This document shows, one piece after another, positions 1 through 9,287 of a DNA stretch of 64,000 bases. The notes under the pieces were generated by a model that ran no database searches, was not told the DNA's origin, and saw nothing but the letters and a program-made list of their open reading frames with translations. Each line of letters opens with the position of its first letter. The stretch's first letter is position 1. The DNA is taken from the NCBI GenBank assembly GCA_964602805.1, contig CAZRSJ010000001.1, forward strand, positions 59,727-123,726, written 5' to 3'. Origin of the DNA: an uncultured Chromatiales bacterium (GTDB taxonomy: Bacteria; Pseudomonadota; Gammaproteobacteria; Poriferisulfidales; Poriferisulfidaceae). The position numbers and the translations under genes were made by a program.

Positions 1-1428
1 ATAACGCGCAACCACTTCCCAGGCACCACCATCACCCTTAGGCTTGATGGCGGCAAATGCGCCGGAACCCGCCTTGTATCCGCGAGTTTCACCCGTGAGG
101 GTGTATGCGGCCTGTACATAGAATCCGTCCATTTCAAGGTCGCAGGTGTTATCTGGATTGCCAGAATACTTTGCCGTTCTGGGGTTTACAACGGTATGCC
201 CACGAAGCGAATCACCATCCTCTAATGAGTTTAGGTAAGTCTGAATATCAGTCGTGTTAGTATCGTCATCGGTCTCCCAAGGGGCCTGACCGGAGTCGTA
301 TGTCGATGAAAATTCGGTCAAACTTAGACGGTTCTCGTCCGAATCTTCCAAGTAGGCATTGTCAGTAGTACTACCAGGCGTATACGTCCCGGAAGCACCA
401 CAAGCAGCATTGTTCGTGCCGTCAGACTCCACATTCATGAATTCGCCCTGAAGCGAGAACGGGCCATTCACGTACGCGAGTTCCACGCCCATCTGGTCAA
501 CGTCGTCAGATGCATGGCTGTTGGTCTCAAACGGACGCCCCGTGGTATGCACGCCCATGCGGGTGCGCATACGGTGGGTATTGCCCTTGTAGTCCACGGT
601 GTAGAACGAAGCACCGGCATGCAGGAAAGAATTGTCGCCGAGTTTCGGCATAAGGGAGAAGCGGGCACCGATGCCGTAGACATCACCACCATCATCTTCC
701 TCGACCTCGTCATCGTAGACACCAATCGCACCGCTCATTGGCATATCACCCTTGGTTCCAAACCCGACCTCAACGCCACCGAAGTCAGGCTTGCCGATCG
801 TAGCGCCAGACAATTCATTGATGATGGACCGCTCAATGGTCGAAATCCACTTGGAACTGGTCCGTTCCTCAAGCATACCCGGACGCTTGTACTTGCCGAC
901 CTTGACGTACATCGGCTTGCTTGAATATTTTAGGAAGCCAGTATCGACAGAAGCTTGGGAATCTTCATGGTCGATATTGGTCGTGAACTTGTAGGACCAG
1001 TTCTTACCGGACTTTCCACTCAGGGTGATTCGTGACCGGCGGATTTCATTCTCCTCCGCGTCATCATCTCCCCAGAAGTCGTCGTAAGAGTCGTGGTCGT
1101 ACATCAGTCGACCACCAATCTTGAAGGCGTTGCCCTTGCTGGACTTGACCTTGATACCTCCACCAGTCGTGGAAATAGTGATGTCTTCCTTCTTGGACTT
1201 AACCATGCCGCCTTTCTCGCCGGCGCCTTCAGCTGCCTTCTTGGCCTGCTGTTCCATGGCATTGGTCTTCATCATGACGTCCTGCAACTGCTCCTGCATC
1301 TGCATCAGCATCTGTTTCATTTCGGCATTTTCGCGTTTGAGGTGATTGATTTCCTCACCCGATGCCAAAGCAGACACTGGCAATGCAAGGGCCAGCGTTA
1401 GCGCAGCAGGAACTGCAATTCTTGATTT
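1..1428 (-). CDS. OprO/OprP-family anion (phosphate)-selective porin, partial: start at 1428, runs off the window at position 1. Cleavable signal peptide followed by a ~50-aa coiled-coil segment ahead of the barrel.
   Basis: Uninterrupted minus-strand reading frame from ATG 1426-1428 to position 1 (476 codons, frame spot-checked at three places). SD sequence AAGGAGG lies 10 nt upstream. N-terminus MWKSRIAVPAALTLALALPVSALASG is a signal peptide. Gly/Tyr/Asp-rich beta-strand-like segments (GGRLMYDHDSY, FSLQGEFMNVESDG). Absent from the ORF track because its stop lies outside the window. Confidence 0.6.
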
Positions 1429-1662
1429 CCACATAACGTGGGGGCCTCCTTAAATAATTTGAGGTTAGAGAAAAACCTAGCGATGACGCCGATGCGTACT
1501 CTAGGCAAAAAATATGACAAAAATATTGGCGAAAAACCTACAGTCTGTTGTTTTTTTCTTACCAAACCGGCCCCGGCCCTCGCTCATGGCCACGACGCTC
1601 GTCACTACAGAAGTTCAGCGGCAAAGACTAACGCAAAACTAATAAGCCAAATATCTATATAT

Positions 1663-2352
1663 TCACTCCGGCTTGTCGTTTTCTTGATCCGTCGCTGATG
1701 TCCGGCTTCCCCAACCATGCTCAACCGCGAGCACCGCTGCCGCGACCCGGGAAGTCACTTCCAATTTTCGCAAAATCGCCTTGACGTGAACCTTGACCGT
1801 GCCCTCGGAAATACCCAGGTTGTCTCCGATTCCACGATTGCTCAGGCCTTCTGCCAGCAGAGCCAGAATCTCTCTCTCCCGAGGGGTCAAAACATCAAAT
1901 GGACTCCCATCGCTTGCTGGAGGTTCCGGCTCCCGGCCCTGTACCACCCGGGCCAGCGCCGGTGTCAGGCTCGGCGCCACCACGGTCTCGCCCGCAACAG
2001 TGGAGCGCAACGCCATCACCAAGGCATCCGGCTCCATATCTTTCAGTAAATAGCCGCTGGCCCCGGAGCGCAGCGCTTCAATCAGATCTTGCTCCTCGTC
2101 ACTCGTGGTCAGCATCACCACCGGCGGACATTCCTCGCTCTCACGCAACCTCCGGAGGATTTCGAGCCCGTCAGTCTGTGGCAAACGCAAGTCCAGCAGC
2201 ACGATGTCCGGACGGCGCTTGGCGACCGCCGCATAACCGGACTCGGCATCCCCCACTGAATCCAATACTTTCAACCCATGGCGTTCCAGCAAGCCCTGCA
2301 GACCCTCTCGAAACAGGGTATGGTCATCGATGACGGTGACTGTCAGTGTCAT
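1663..2352 (-). CDS. NarL/FixJ-family response regulator (REC domain plus LuxR-type HTH)
   Basis: 229 aa. REC-domain motifs (VIDDH...DLRLP...DGLE) and C-terminal LuxR HTH (LTPREREILALLAEGLSNRGIGDNLGISEGTVKVHVKAILRKL). 4-nt overlap with the upstream kinase gene. Confidence 0.9.
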   Translation of the reverse strand: MTLTVTVIDDHTLFREGLQGLLERHGLKVLDSVGDAESGYAAVAKRRPDIVLLDLRLPQTDGLEILRRLRESEECPPVVMLTTSDEEQDLIEALRSGASGYLLKDMEPDALVMALRSTVAGETVVAPSLTPALARVVQGREPEPPASDGSPFDVLTPREREILALLAEGLSNRGIGDNLGISEGTVKVHVKAILRKLEVTSRVAAAVLAVEHGWGSRTSATDQENDKPE

Positions 2353-3272
2353 GCCGCCTTTGCCCTCTCCGGCATGGCCTTGAACTCAAGCAATATCCGC
2401 ACGCCCTCCTCCGGCTCGCTCTCCACCCGCAATCGCCCTCCCAAGCGCATCGCCCGGTCCTGCAACAGGCTCAATCCGATATGGGTCCCTCCTCCTTCCT
2501 CCGGCGGATTCGCAAACCCCACTCCGTCGTCTTCCACCAACACCCGGCAGTTCTCACTCTCCGCATCGCCTGAAATCAACACACGCACTGTACTGGCTTG
2601 GGCATGCTTGCGCGCATTGGCCAGAGCTTCCTGCACAATGCGCACAATTTGCAACTCGTGCTCAGCCGGCAGTTTCATATTCTCCCACTGAGTCTGCAGC
2701 AGCACGCGAACGTCCGGACAATCCCGCCGGAAGCGTTCCACCGTCCTTTCAATGGCCGGCAGCAGGCCTGCTTCACTGATCGGCACGCGAAAATGCGCAA
2801 TCAGTTCCCGCAACTCGATGTTGGCTTCTTCCAGGCTCTCCTCGATCCTTTCGAGTTCTTCCCAGGTTCGTTCTTCGTCTCCTTGATGCAAGGTTTCGTC
2901 CAGCACCCGTACTTGCATCTTGATTCCGGCTAGGGTCTGCGCTAAGGAATCATGCAGTTCCCCGGACAACCGGGTGCGTTCCTTCATGGCGGTAATGTCG
3001 CTGAATTCCTGCAACTGCTCTTCCGTATCCCGCGACAGGGTCTGAACCATTTCGGCAAGCACATTCAAGTCGGTCGCAAGTTCTGCGAAATCGCCTTTCG
3101 GCGGCACCGGCACTCTCGCCGACAGTTCACCCCCGCGCATGCGGAATACCCATTGCCGGATGGCTTCGTAAGGAGCCAGCCTTTGCCGGTACACCCAAAT
3201 CAAGAATGCGGCGGCGGCTCCCAGAAGCAGACCGGATACGATAAATCCTGGCGTGCCCAATCCAAGCATCAT
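2349..3272 (-). CDS. NarX/DegS-type sensor histidine kinase (HisKA_3 plus HATPase) with a single N-terminal TM helix and no periplasmic domain
   Basis: 307 aa. One N-terminal hydrophobic helix, then HAMP-like linker, H-box (SGELHDSLAQTL), N/G boxes (QEALANARKHA, DDGVGF). Overlaps neighbours by 4 nt on each side. Confidence 0.85.
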   Translation of the reverse strand: MMLGLGTPGFIVSGLLLGAAAAFLIWVYRQRLAPYEAIRQWVFRMRGGELSARVPVPPKGDFAELATDLNVLAEMVQTLSRDTEEQLQEFSDITAMKERTRLSGELHDSLAQTLAGIKMQVRVLDETLHQGDEERTWEELERIEESLEEANIELRELIAHFRVPISEAGLLPAIERTVERFRRDCPDVRVLLQTQWENMKLPAEHELQIVRIVQEALANARKHAQASTVRVLISGDAESENCRVLVEDDGVGFANPPEEGGGTHIGLSLLQDRAMRLGGRLRVESEPEEGVRILLEFKAMPERAKAA

Positions 3273-3589
3273 TTTTTCGGCGGCACGTAAGCAGGATCGT
3301 TCGGGTTGAGAAAAATGAACTGCTTCTCGCCCGGCTCAAGCTCCACGAAATCCACGGTCATGCCCCGTGCCAGGGCCAGGCTGTCGGCCCCGACCACCAC
3401 CGGGACCTTGCGCAGGCTGAACCTTTGATCACCCTCGTGGCTCTCCACGTCAAACCCCATCGCATACTGGAAACTGCCGTCTTCAAGCTTGCGTACGGCC
3501 AAACGCAAGGCCACACCTTCCTCGTTTTCCGGCAATTGCTCACGGATTTGGTCTGCCGCTTGTTCAGTCAGCGTCAAAAAATCAGGCAC
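3269..3589 (-). CDS. IscA/HesB-like (A-type carrier fold) protein lacking all three conserved cysteines
   Basis: 106 aa. Aligns along its length to IscA/ErpA (LRLAVRK..., VVVGADSL..L.G..VDFVE...F.F.NPN), but the Cys positions are Asp/Gly and the C-terminal CGCG motif is absent. First gene of a three-gene operon with the kinase and regulator. Confidence 0.55.
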   Translation of the reverse strand: MPDFLTLTEQAADQIREQLPENEEGVALRLAVRKLEDGSFQYAMGFDVESHEGDQRFSLRKVPVVVGADSLALARGMTVDFVELEPGEKQFIFLNPNDPAYVPPKK

Positions 3590-3730
3590 TTTATCTCTCT
3601 AACCCTTCCAAGGAATATCCATAATACAGGGATAATCATTTTCCATAGAGGCCAAGTTTCCTCGATGCCAAATAGAAATTAGGTTTTAGGTAAATTAGGA
3701 CTTGCCTCACTTCTGTAATTCACGCAACTA

Positions 3731-4378
3731 CTAGCCTGTTTCTTTGTGCTTCCTAGGGCAGAGTAGGTTATTCAAGCCAGAGGCAGCTATCTTCATCGTT
3801 TTATTCAAGGGGCGAAAGGTATGCAAAAACGAAATGAGAATTCTCCATTCCTTCTCATCGGAGAATCTCTCTGGTTTACAGAAATATTTTCGGCGCAAAT
3901 CGTCTGATGGGCTAGGAAGGCTATCTAGTTCCATGGTTTTGGTGTATTTCACCTCTCCCCACTCAACCGAAGTGATGCCTGGAGGCAGAGCATTCCTCAA
4001 GCGTTTCTCAAATTCACCGGGATCCTGCAACACACAGTAGTACTCACCAAATTTTTTCGTCGCCTCGACATCAGCACTAAAGCTCATCATGAACGCGGGT
4101 TGTATTGGCCTATCGTCGCTAACGTCACGGTGAAGTATCCCGCCTATTTTGTAACTGCCTACGCCTTCCATCACATCACCGACCTGGCCTTCTTTCTTTC
4201 GATAAAAGATAGGCGACCTAAACCAAAATATTCCTCTCGCATAAGAATCGACCGTTTTGTTATCGATCCCTCGATATAAACAGGCTGGCAATACTTCCAC
4301 AATTGATAAAGTTCGGTCGCGAGACAAACGAATATGTTCTTGCGTTATTATTTCATGTGCGGATAATTTTTGTCTCAA
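3731..4378 (-). CDS. Hypothetical protein (215 aa), no recognisable family; low-GC gene
   Basis: Long ORF with codon usage typical of AT-rich cargo DNA. No motif recognised by eye. Confidence 0.45.
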   Translation of the reverse strand: MRQKLSAHEIITQEHIRLSRDRTLSIVEVLPACLYRGIDNKTVDSYARGIFWFRSPIFYRKKEGQVGDVMEGVGSYKIGGILHRDVSDDRPIQPAFMMSFSADVEATKKFGEYYCVLQDPGEFEKRLRNALPPGITSVEWGEVKYTKTMELDSLPSPSDDLRRKYFCKPERFSDEKEWRILISFLHTFRPLNKTMKIAASGLNNLLCPRKHKETG

Positions 4379-4502
4379 TATCTACTTCGTCTGCCATACC
4401 CTAGGCTTACAAGGCCATACCTGCCCATAAAATCTAAAAGACCGATTTTATGCATCATCAAGTTGAATCCAGACCCTAAACTCAGCCAGCGAAGTGTTGC
4501 AG

Positions 4503-4637
4503 ATGGAATTGCGGTTACTTGACGAGCACGAGACCAAGGTCAAGATCTTGCGGGAGGCCCTGGCCGAAGGCGAACAATCCGGTCCTGCGGTCCCGTTTGA
4601 CTTCCACGCATTCATTGCTAGCATGACATCTTCCTAA
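4503..4637 (+). pseudogene. parD-family antitoxin remnant (C-terminal 44 codons only; N-terminal RHH DNA-binding half missing)
   Basis: Translation MELRLLDEHETKVKILREALAEGEQSGPAVPFDFHAFIASMTSS matches the conserved C-terminal half of ParD antitoxins (SASEV..LRLLEEHEAKL.ALR.ALIEGE.SG....FDFDAF). Upstream frame is closed by a TGA at 4474-4476. Confidence 0.5.
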
Positions 4638-4694
4638 GACATCCATATCAAGCGACACGCTATCTTCTATGGCCCAAGCGTATCTTGAAAAAAT

Positions 4695-5411
4695 TTGGCT
4701 TTACGCTGTGAGGCACTTTCCATGAACCTGCATCCGTTATTTTTCATAGCCCTTCCACTACCAGTTCACTACTTGCACAGAGCGATAGCCCTGATCCTAG
4801 CCATAGTAACGGTTTGTGCCGTTTCCTTTGTTCACGCCGAAACGGATTTTGAAAATCTGATTCGAGCCATGGAAGCTGACGAAGTGGCTTTGATGGAAAT
4901 TACCGGAACTGGCGGATCGACAGGGGATGTTCTAGAAGGCTATTTAGTCAATAAGACCTCAACCACCAAGAGACTGGACGTCCGGTTTGACTCACCCGTC
5001 TTTCTCTTGAACAGTGGTTCAGGACAGGACATGGTGGCAACACAAATTTTTGAGAAGGGCGGGGGATACTACATTGCGCCCGAAAATGACGGACGCCCTT
5101 TCATTCGCTTGAAGCCGAAAGAGAAATTGCCAATCTCGCTCTTCGCATACTGTGTCGACTTTGGCAAAGATAATCCGTCCAGAAACGATTTACTCACGGT
5201 CGGAAGGCTCCCTACACTTCTACTGAAAATCATGAGCAAGATATCCGCATACGAAGAACTCCCGCCTGATACCAGTACCATGAAGGGAGCGCAAGCCGCC
5301 TTGTGGTCAGCGCAAGGTGTCAATCTTGATGAGATTAAAAAGAAATTCAAACTTGATGCTGCAGATGAAGCAAAAATGCATCAAATTCTCGAAACCCTAG
5401 AACCCCATTGA
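4695..5411 (+). CDS. Hypothetical secreted/membrane-anchored protein (238 aa; an alternative start MNLHP at 4722 is possible)
   Basis: N-terminal hydrophobic segment (LILAIVTVCAVSFVHA) consistent with a signal peptide or anchor. No recognisable family. Low-GC. Confidence 0.45.
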   Translation: MALRCEALSMNLHPLFFIALPLPVHYLHRAIALILAIVTVCAVSFVHAETDFENLIRAMEADEVALMEITGTGGSTGDVLEGYLVNKTSTTKRLDVRFDSPVFLLNSGSGQDMVATQIFEKGGGYYIAPENDGRPFIRLKPKEKLPISLFAYCVDFGKDNPSRNDLLTVGRLPTLLLKIMSKISAYEELPPDTSTMKGAQAALWSAQGVNLDEIKKKFKLDAADEAKMHQILETLEPH

Positions 5412-5445
5412 TTCATACATGTCGTCGCACAAACACTCAATTCGC

Positions 5446-5598
5446 GTGCCCATCCAGTATTCGGCAAGATTACAATTATCCGAAGAGCACGAAGCTAAAG
5501 TCGAAGCCCTGCGCAACGTCCTGATCGAAGGCGAGCGGTCCGGCCCCCCAACATCCTTCGATTTCGACGCTTTCATAGCGGACAAGAGATCTTCCTAG
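5446..5598 (+). pseudogene. Second, divergent parD-family antitoxin remnant (C-terminal ~46 codons, no ATG, weak RBS)
   Basis: Frame open from 5401. Translation ...QYSARLQLSEEHEAKVEALRNVLIEGERSGPPTSFDFDAFIADKRSS matches the ParD C-terminal consensus. About 55% identical to the first remnant at protein level. Confidence 0.45.
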
Positions 5599-5746
5599 AC
5601 AGGTATGCGGAGACTGGATCGGGAAAAGGCGGGTCCAAACTTGACGCACGGCAGTATTCGTCCATAATTGGAGACGGCGATTGAGGCGGCCGCTGGTTTA
5701 GTGTGGCGGCGTGGTCCTGATGGCCAGCGAATATAACTAAAAATCC

Positions 5747-7102
5747 ATGAGGAAACTTATGAGAAAAACTACTTTTTGCACGGGGCTGGCAATGGCAGCT
5801 GCGATGGCGTGGACCGTTCCGGCACTTGCGGATGAAACCTGCATGTCGCCGTACATTGCCAAGATTCAAGGCCAGGAAGATTACGTCTATGTCTGGACCT
5901 TGGGCGTGGAAGGCATGGGGGACGAGCAGGACAAGCTGGTCACCATCGACACCAACCCCGAATCCAAAACCTATGGCCAAGTAGTCAGCGTACTGTCCGT
6001 CGGTGGGCGCAACGAAGCGCACCATTCCGGACTGTCTGACGACCGTCATTACCTGTGGGCTGGCGGACTGGACTCGAGCAAGATCTTCGTGTTCGACATC
6101 CACAGCAACCCGCGGCAGCCGAAACTGCACAAGGTCATCACCGACTTCGTCGAGAAGTCCGGCGGACTGGTCGGCCCGCACACCTTCTTTGCTCTACCCG
6201 GGCGGATGATGATTACGGCGCTGTCCAACAACGTCGATCACGGCGGACGCACCGGCGTGGCTGAATACAACAACGATGGCGAATTCGTGGCGTCCCATTG
6301 GATGCCGACGGACGAAGACCTTCGCGGCGCGGTCAAGACCGGCCAGCACGCCGACGGCTACGGCTACGACCTCCGGGTCAAGGCTGAAAGCAACGTGATG
6401 CTGACCTCGTCCTTCACCGGCTGGTCCAACTACATGATGGACTTCGGCCAGATGCTGCAGGACAGTGCTGCTATGCAGCGCTTCGGCAACACCATGGTGG
6501 TGTGGGACATGCATGCCCGCAAGCCGCTCAAGGTGCTGGACGTGCCGGGGGCTCCACTGGAGATCCGTTGCGCCTGGGGTCCGGATAACCGCTACTGCTT
6601 CACCACGACGGCGCTGACCTCTCAGGTCTGGCTCCTGTACGAGGATGAAGCCGGCGAATGGCACGGCAAGGCTGTCGCCGATGTCGGTGTCCCTTCTGAA
6701 ATTCCCCTGCCGGTCGACATTTCCATTACGGCCGACGACACGGGGCTGTGGATCAACACCTTCATGGACGGCAAGACCCGCTTCTTCGATATTTCCGACC
6801 CGCATGCGCCCAAGCAGGTCTTCGAGGAAGTGATCGGAAGCCAGGTCAACATGGTCTCCCAGAGTTGGGACGGCGACCGCGTGTACTTCTCCAGCTCCCT
6901 GCTGAATAACTGGGACAAGACGGGTGAAGCAGACGAGCAGTACGTCAAGCTCTACCACTGGGATGGCGAAGCACTCGCTCATCAGTGGACGGTTGATTTC
7001 TATGCCGAGCAGTTGGGCCGTTCGCACCAGATGCGTTTCGGTGCCTATGCCCTGTATGGGAAGCGCCCGGATGCCGACACCCGGACCGCGATGGCCGAAT
7101 AA
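5747..7102 (+). CDS. mtoX: Selenium-binding protein SBP56 family / methanethiol oxidase, with signal peptide
   Basis: 451 aa. Signal peptide (AMAAAMAWTVPALA). Conserved SBP56 blocks throughout (HHSGLSDDRHYLWAGGLDSSKIFVFD, GPHTFFALPG, WDMHARKP, NRYCFTT, DGDRVYFSSSLLNNWD). RBS GAGGAAAC upstream. Confidence 0.9.
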   Translation: MRKLMRKTTFCTGLAMAAAMAWTVPALADETCMSPYIAKIQGQEDYVYVWTLGVEGMGDEQDKLVTIDTNPESKTYGQVVSVLSVGGRNEAHHSGLSDDRHYLWAGGLDSSKIFVFDIHSNPRQPKLHKVITDFVEKSGGLVGPHTFFALPGRMMITALSNNVDHGGRTGVAEYNNDGEFVASHWMPTDEDLRGAVKTGQHADGYGYDLRVKAESNVMLTSSFTGWSNYMMDFGQMLQDSAAMQRFGNTMVVWDMHARKPLKVLDVPGAPLEIRCAWGPDNRYCFTTTALTSQVWLLYEDEAGEWHGKAVADVGVPSEIPLPVDISITADDTGLWINTFMDGKTRFFDISDPHAPKQVFEEVIGSQVNMVSQSWDGDRVYFSSSLLNNWDKTGEADEQYVKLYHWDGEALAHQWTVDFYAEQLGRSHQMRFGAYALYGKRPDADTRTAMAE

Positions 7103-7137
7103 CCTGTTGCGGCCTTCGGGCCAAACGCAAGTGGAAA

Positions 7138-7167
7138 GCCGCCCTGCCTGTCAGGGCGGCTTTTTTT
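7138..7167 (+). terminator. Rho-independent terminator after mtoX
   Basis: GCCGCCCTG-cctgt-CAGGGCGGC perfect 9-bp stem followed by TTTTTTT. Confidence 0.75.
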
Positions 7168-7220
7168 AGAAAGGCCATTGATTTTTGTATTTAAGAACAC
7201 CCTTATATAGAATAGAACCC

Positions 7221-7913
7221 ATGAATCGTTCGAACTGTATCCGCGCCCTAGCCGGGTTGGCTGCCCTGAGCCTGATCTCGGGGGGATTCGAGGCTGTCGC
7301 AGAAGATGAAATCCTCGCGCCCGGATGGAAAAACCTGAGCTACGAGCCGCCCGCTGTGGGCAGTTACCAACTGCCTCCCATCACCCGCGCCTCCGACGGA
7401 GCCGTACTCCTCGAAGACGGCCAAGAATCTCAGCTGTTCGACCTGATGGGTGACCGTCTCGTGCTGTTCAGCTTCATCTACACTCGATGCAACGACATCA
7501 ACGGCTGCCCTCTCGCCAATGCGGTCTTTCACAAGCTCCAAGCGAAACTGCAGGAGCGCCCGGATGTGGCCCAGGCCACACGGCTTCTATCGATATCGTT
7601 CGACCCGGAGCGCGACACCCCCGAAGTCATGCAGGAATTTGGGCAGGGACTTGGCGGCGACGGAGTGGACTGGCAGTTCCTCACCACGCGGGACCGCGAA
7701 ACCCTGGAGCCGATCCTCGACGATTACGGCCAGTACACCATACGCGAATACGATGAAAGCGGAGAATACACCGGGGATTTCGCTCATATGCTGCGGGTGT
7801 TCCTGATCGACCGGGAGTTGCGCGTCCGCAACATCTACAGCGTCGCATTCCTGCATGCCGACATCCTGATCAACGACCTGGAGACTCTCCTCCTGGAGTC
7901 TCCCTCTAGCTGA
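7221..7913 (+). CDS. SCO1/SenC-family copper chaperone (thioredoxin fold) with signal peptide
   Basis: Start chosen at MNRSNC (ATG 7221), 12 codons into the track ORF. Signal peptide, then the SCO1 block LFSFIYTRCNDINGCP with paired Cys and a downstream conserved His. Typical partner of mtoX. Confidence 0.8.
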   Translation: MNRSNCIRALAGLAALSLISGGFEAVAEDEILAPGWKNLSYEPPAVGSYQLPPITRASDGAVLLEDGQESQLFDLMGDRLVLFSFIYTRCNDINGCPLANAVFHKLQAKLQERPDVAQATRLLSISFDPERDTPEVMQEFGQGLGGDGVDWQFLTTRDRETLEPILDDYGQYTIREYDESGEYTGDFAHMLRVFLIDRELRVRNIYSVAFLHADILINDLETLLLESPSS

Positions 7914-7921
7914 TTCCCGTT

Positions 7922-9286
7922 ATGCACAGCCCGGCACGGATGCGTTTTCGCACCCTTGCCGTAACCCTTGCCGTTACGAGTTTTTGCGCTGCGGTCTTTG
8001 CCGAGACCAGCGGCGAACTGGATACCCCGGAGGAGTTCGACACCAGCCAAACGCAAGGACCCGGAGACGTCAAGGAAGGCTACGAAAGCAGGGACTACGA
8101 GACTCGCTCGCGAAGCTTGCTGAAGCGGCGGGGAGTCAAAAAAGACCTGATTCGCTTCGCGCAACACCCGCCGTTGGGCCTGCCGCCCGTACCAATCCCG
8201 GCTGAAAACCCACTGACCCGCGTCAAGATCGATCTCGGCCGAAAACTGTTCTTCGACCGCCGCCTGTCGATCAACGACACCTTCGCCTGCGCGACCTGCC
8301 ACATCCCGGAGCAGGGTTTCACCAACAACGAAATGCGCACCGCAGTCGGCGTGGAGGGCCGCTCGGTACTGCGCAACTCCCCCACCCTCTACAACGTCGC
8401 CTACCTGACACGGCTGTTCCTGGACGGACGCGAAATCAGCCTGGAAAACCAGATCTGGCAACCGATGACTTCGCACAACGAGATGGCGGCACCCTCAATC
8501 GGCTGGATCATCAACAAGATCCGCCGCATGCGCGACTACGACGGGTTGTTCGAGAAGGCTTTCGACGGCGAAGGGCCGAACATCCTCACGGTCGGCCAGG
8601 CACTAGCCAGTTACCAACGCACCCTGCTGGCGGCCAACTCACCGTTCGACCGATGGTATTTCGGGAATCAGACCGATGCAGTTGATGAGTCCGTCAAGCG
8701 GGGTTTCGGGGTCTTCTCCGGGAAGGGCCAATGCATTGTGTGCCATACCATGCAGAAAGAGCACGCCTTGTTCACCGACCAGAAATTCCACAATACCGGG
8801 CTGGGCTACATGATCTCGTTCAGCAAGGGCTCCAAGGACGCACCCAAGACCACCCGCGTCCAGCTCGCGCCCGGCGTGTTCGTGGACGTCTCGAACGAGA
8901 AAATCGAAGCGGTCTCGCAACAGAAACTGCCGAATGATCTCGGCCTCTACCGGGTCACCGAAAACCCGAACGACCGCTGGCGGTTCCGAACCCAGAGCCT
9001 GCGCAATGTTGAGTTGACCGCGCCCTACATGCACAACGGCAAGTTTGACACCCTGCGCGAAGTGATCGACTTCTACGACCAGGGTGGCATTCCAAATGAG
9101 CTGTTGTCTCCCTTTATCTCTCCCCTCAACCTCAGCGAACAGGAAAAACAGGACCTGGAAGCGTTCTTGCTTTCCCTGACCGGTAGCACCATCCCGGAAA
9201 TCGTGGCCGATGCCTTTGCCGCACCGATCGGCGACCTGAGCCTGGAAGATCCCAACTGGGCACACGAAGAGACGCTGGGATACTGA
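7922..9286 (+). CDS. MauG-like di-haem cytochrome c peroxidase
   Basis: Two CxxCH haem motifs (CATCH, CIVCH). CCP/MauG conserved blocks (SCATCH.P..GFT, NSPTLYNVA, MHNGKFDTLREVIDFY). Signal peptide. Confidence 0.85.
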   Translation: MHSPARMRFRTLAVTLAVTSFCAAVFAETSGELDTPEEFDTSQTQGPGDVKEGYESRDYETRSRSLLKRRGVKKDLIRFAQHPPLGLPPVPIPAENPLTRVKIDLGRKLFFDRRLSINDTFACATCHIPEQGFTNNEMRTAVGVEGRSVLRNSPTLYNVAYLTRLFLDGREISLENQIWQPMTSHNEMAAPSIGWIINKIRRMRDYDGLFEKAFDGEGPNILTVGQALASYQRTLLAANSPFDRWYFGNQTDAVDESVKRGFGVFSGKGQCIVCHTMQKEHALFTDQKFHNTGLGYMISFSKGSKDAPKTTRVQLAPGVFVDVSNEKIEAVSQQKLPNDLGLYRVTENPNDRWRFRTQSLRNVELTAPYMHNGKFDTLREVIDFYDQGGIPNELLSPFISPLNLSEQEKQDLEAFLLSLTGSTIPEIVADAFAAPIGDLSLEDPNWAHEETLGY

Positions 9287-9287
9287 C

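Larger units (their letters stand above)
3590..5740. other. Low-GC accessory islet inserted between the two-component operon and mtoX
   Basis: Visibly AT-richer than flanking DNA. Contains two ORFs without recognisable families and two parD 3' remnants. Confidence 0.5.

Noticed and set aside
5573-6181. 202-aa minus-strand ORF overlapping the mtoX start
   Set aside because: Antisense to the strongly supported mtoX gene and its RBS. No recognisable motifs.
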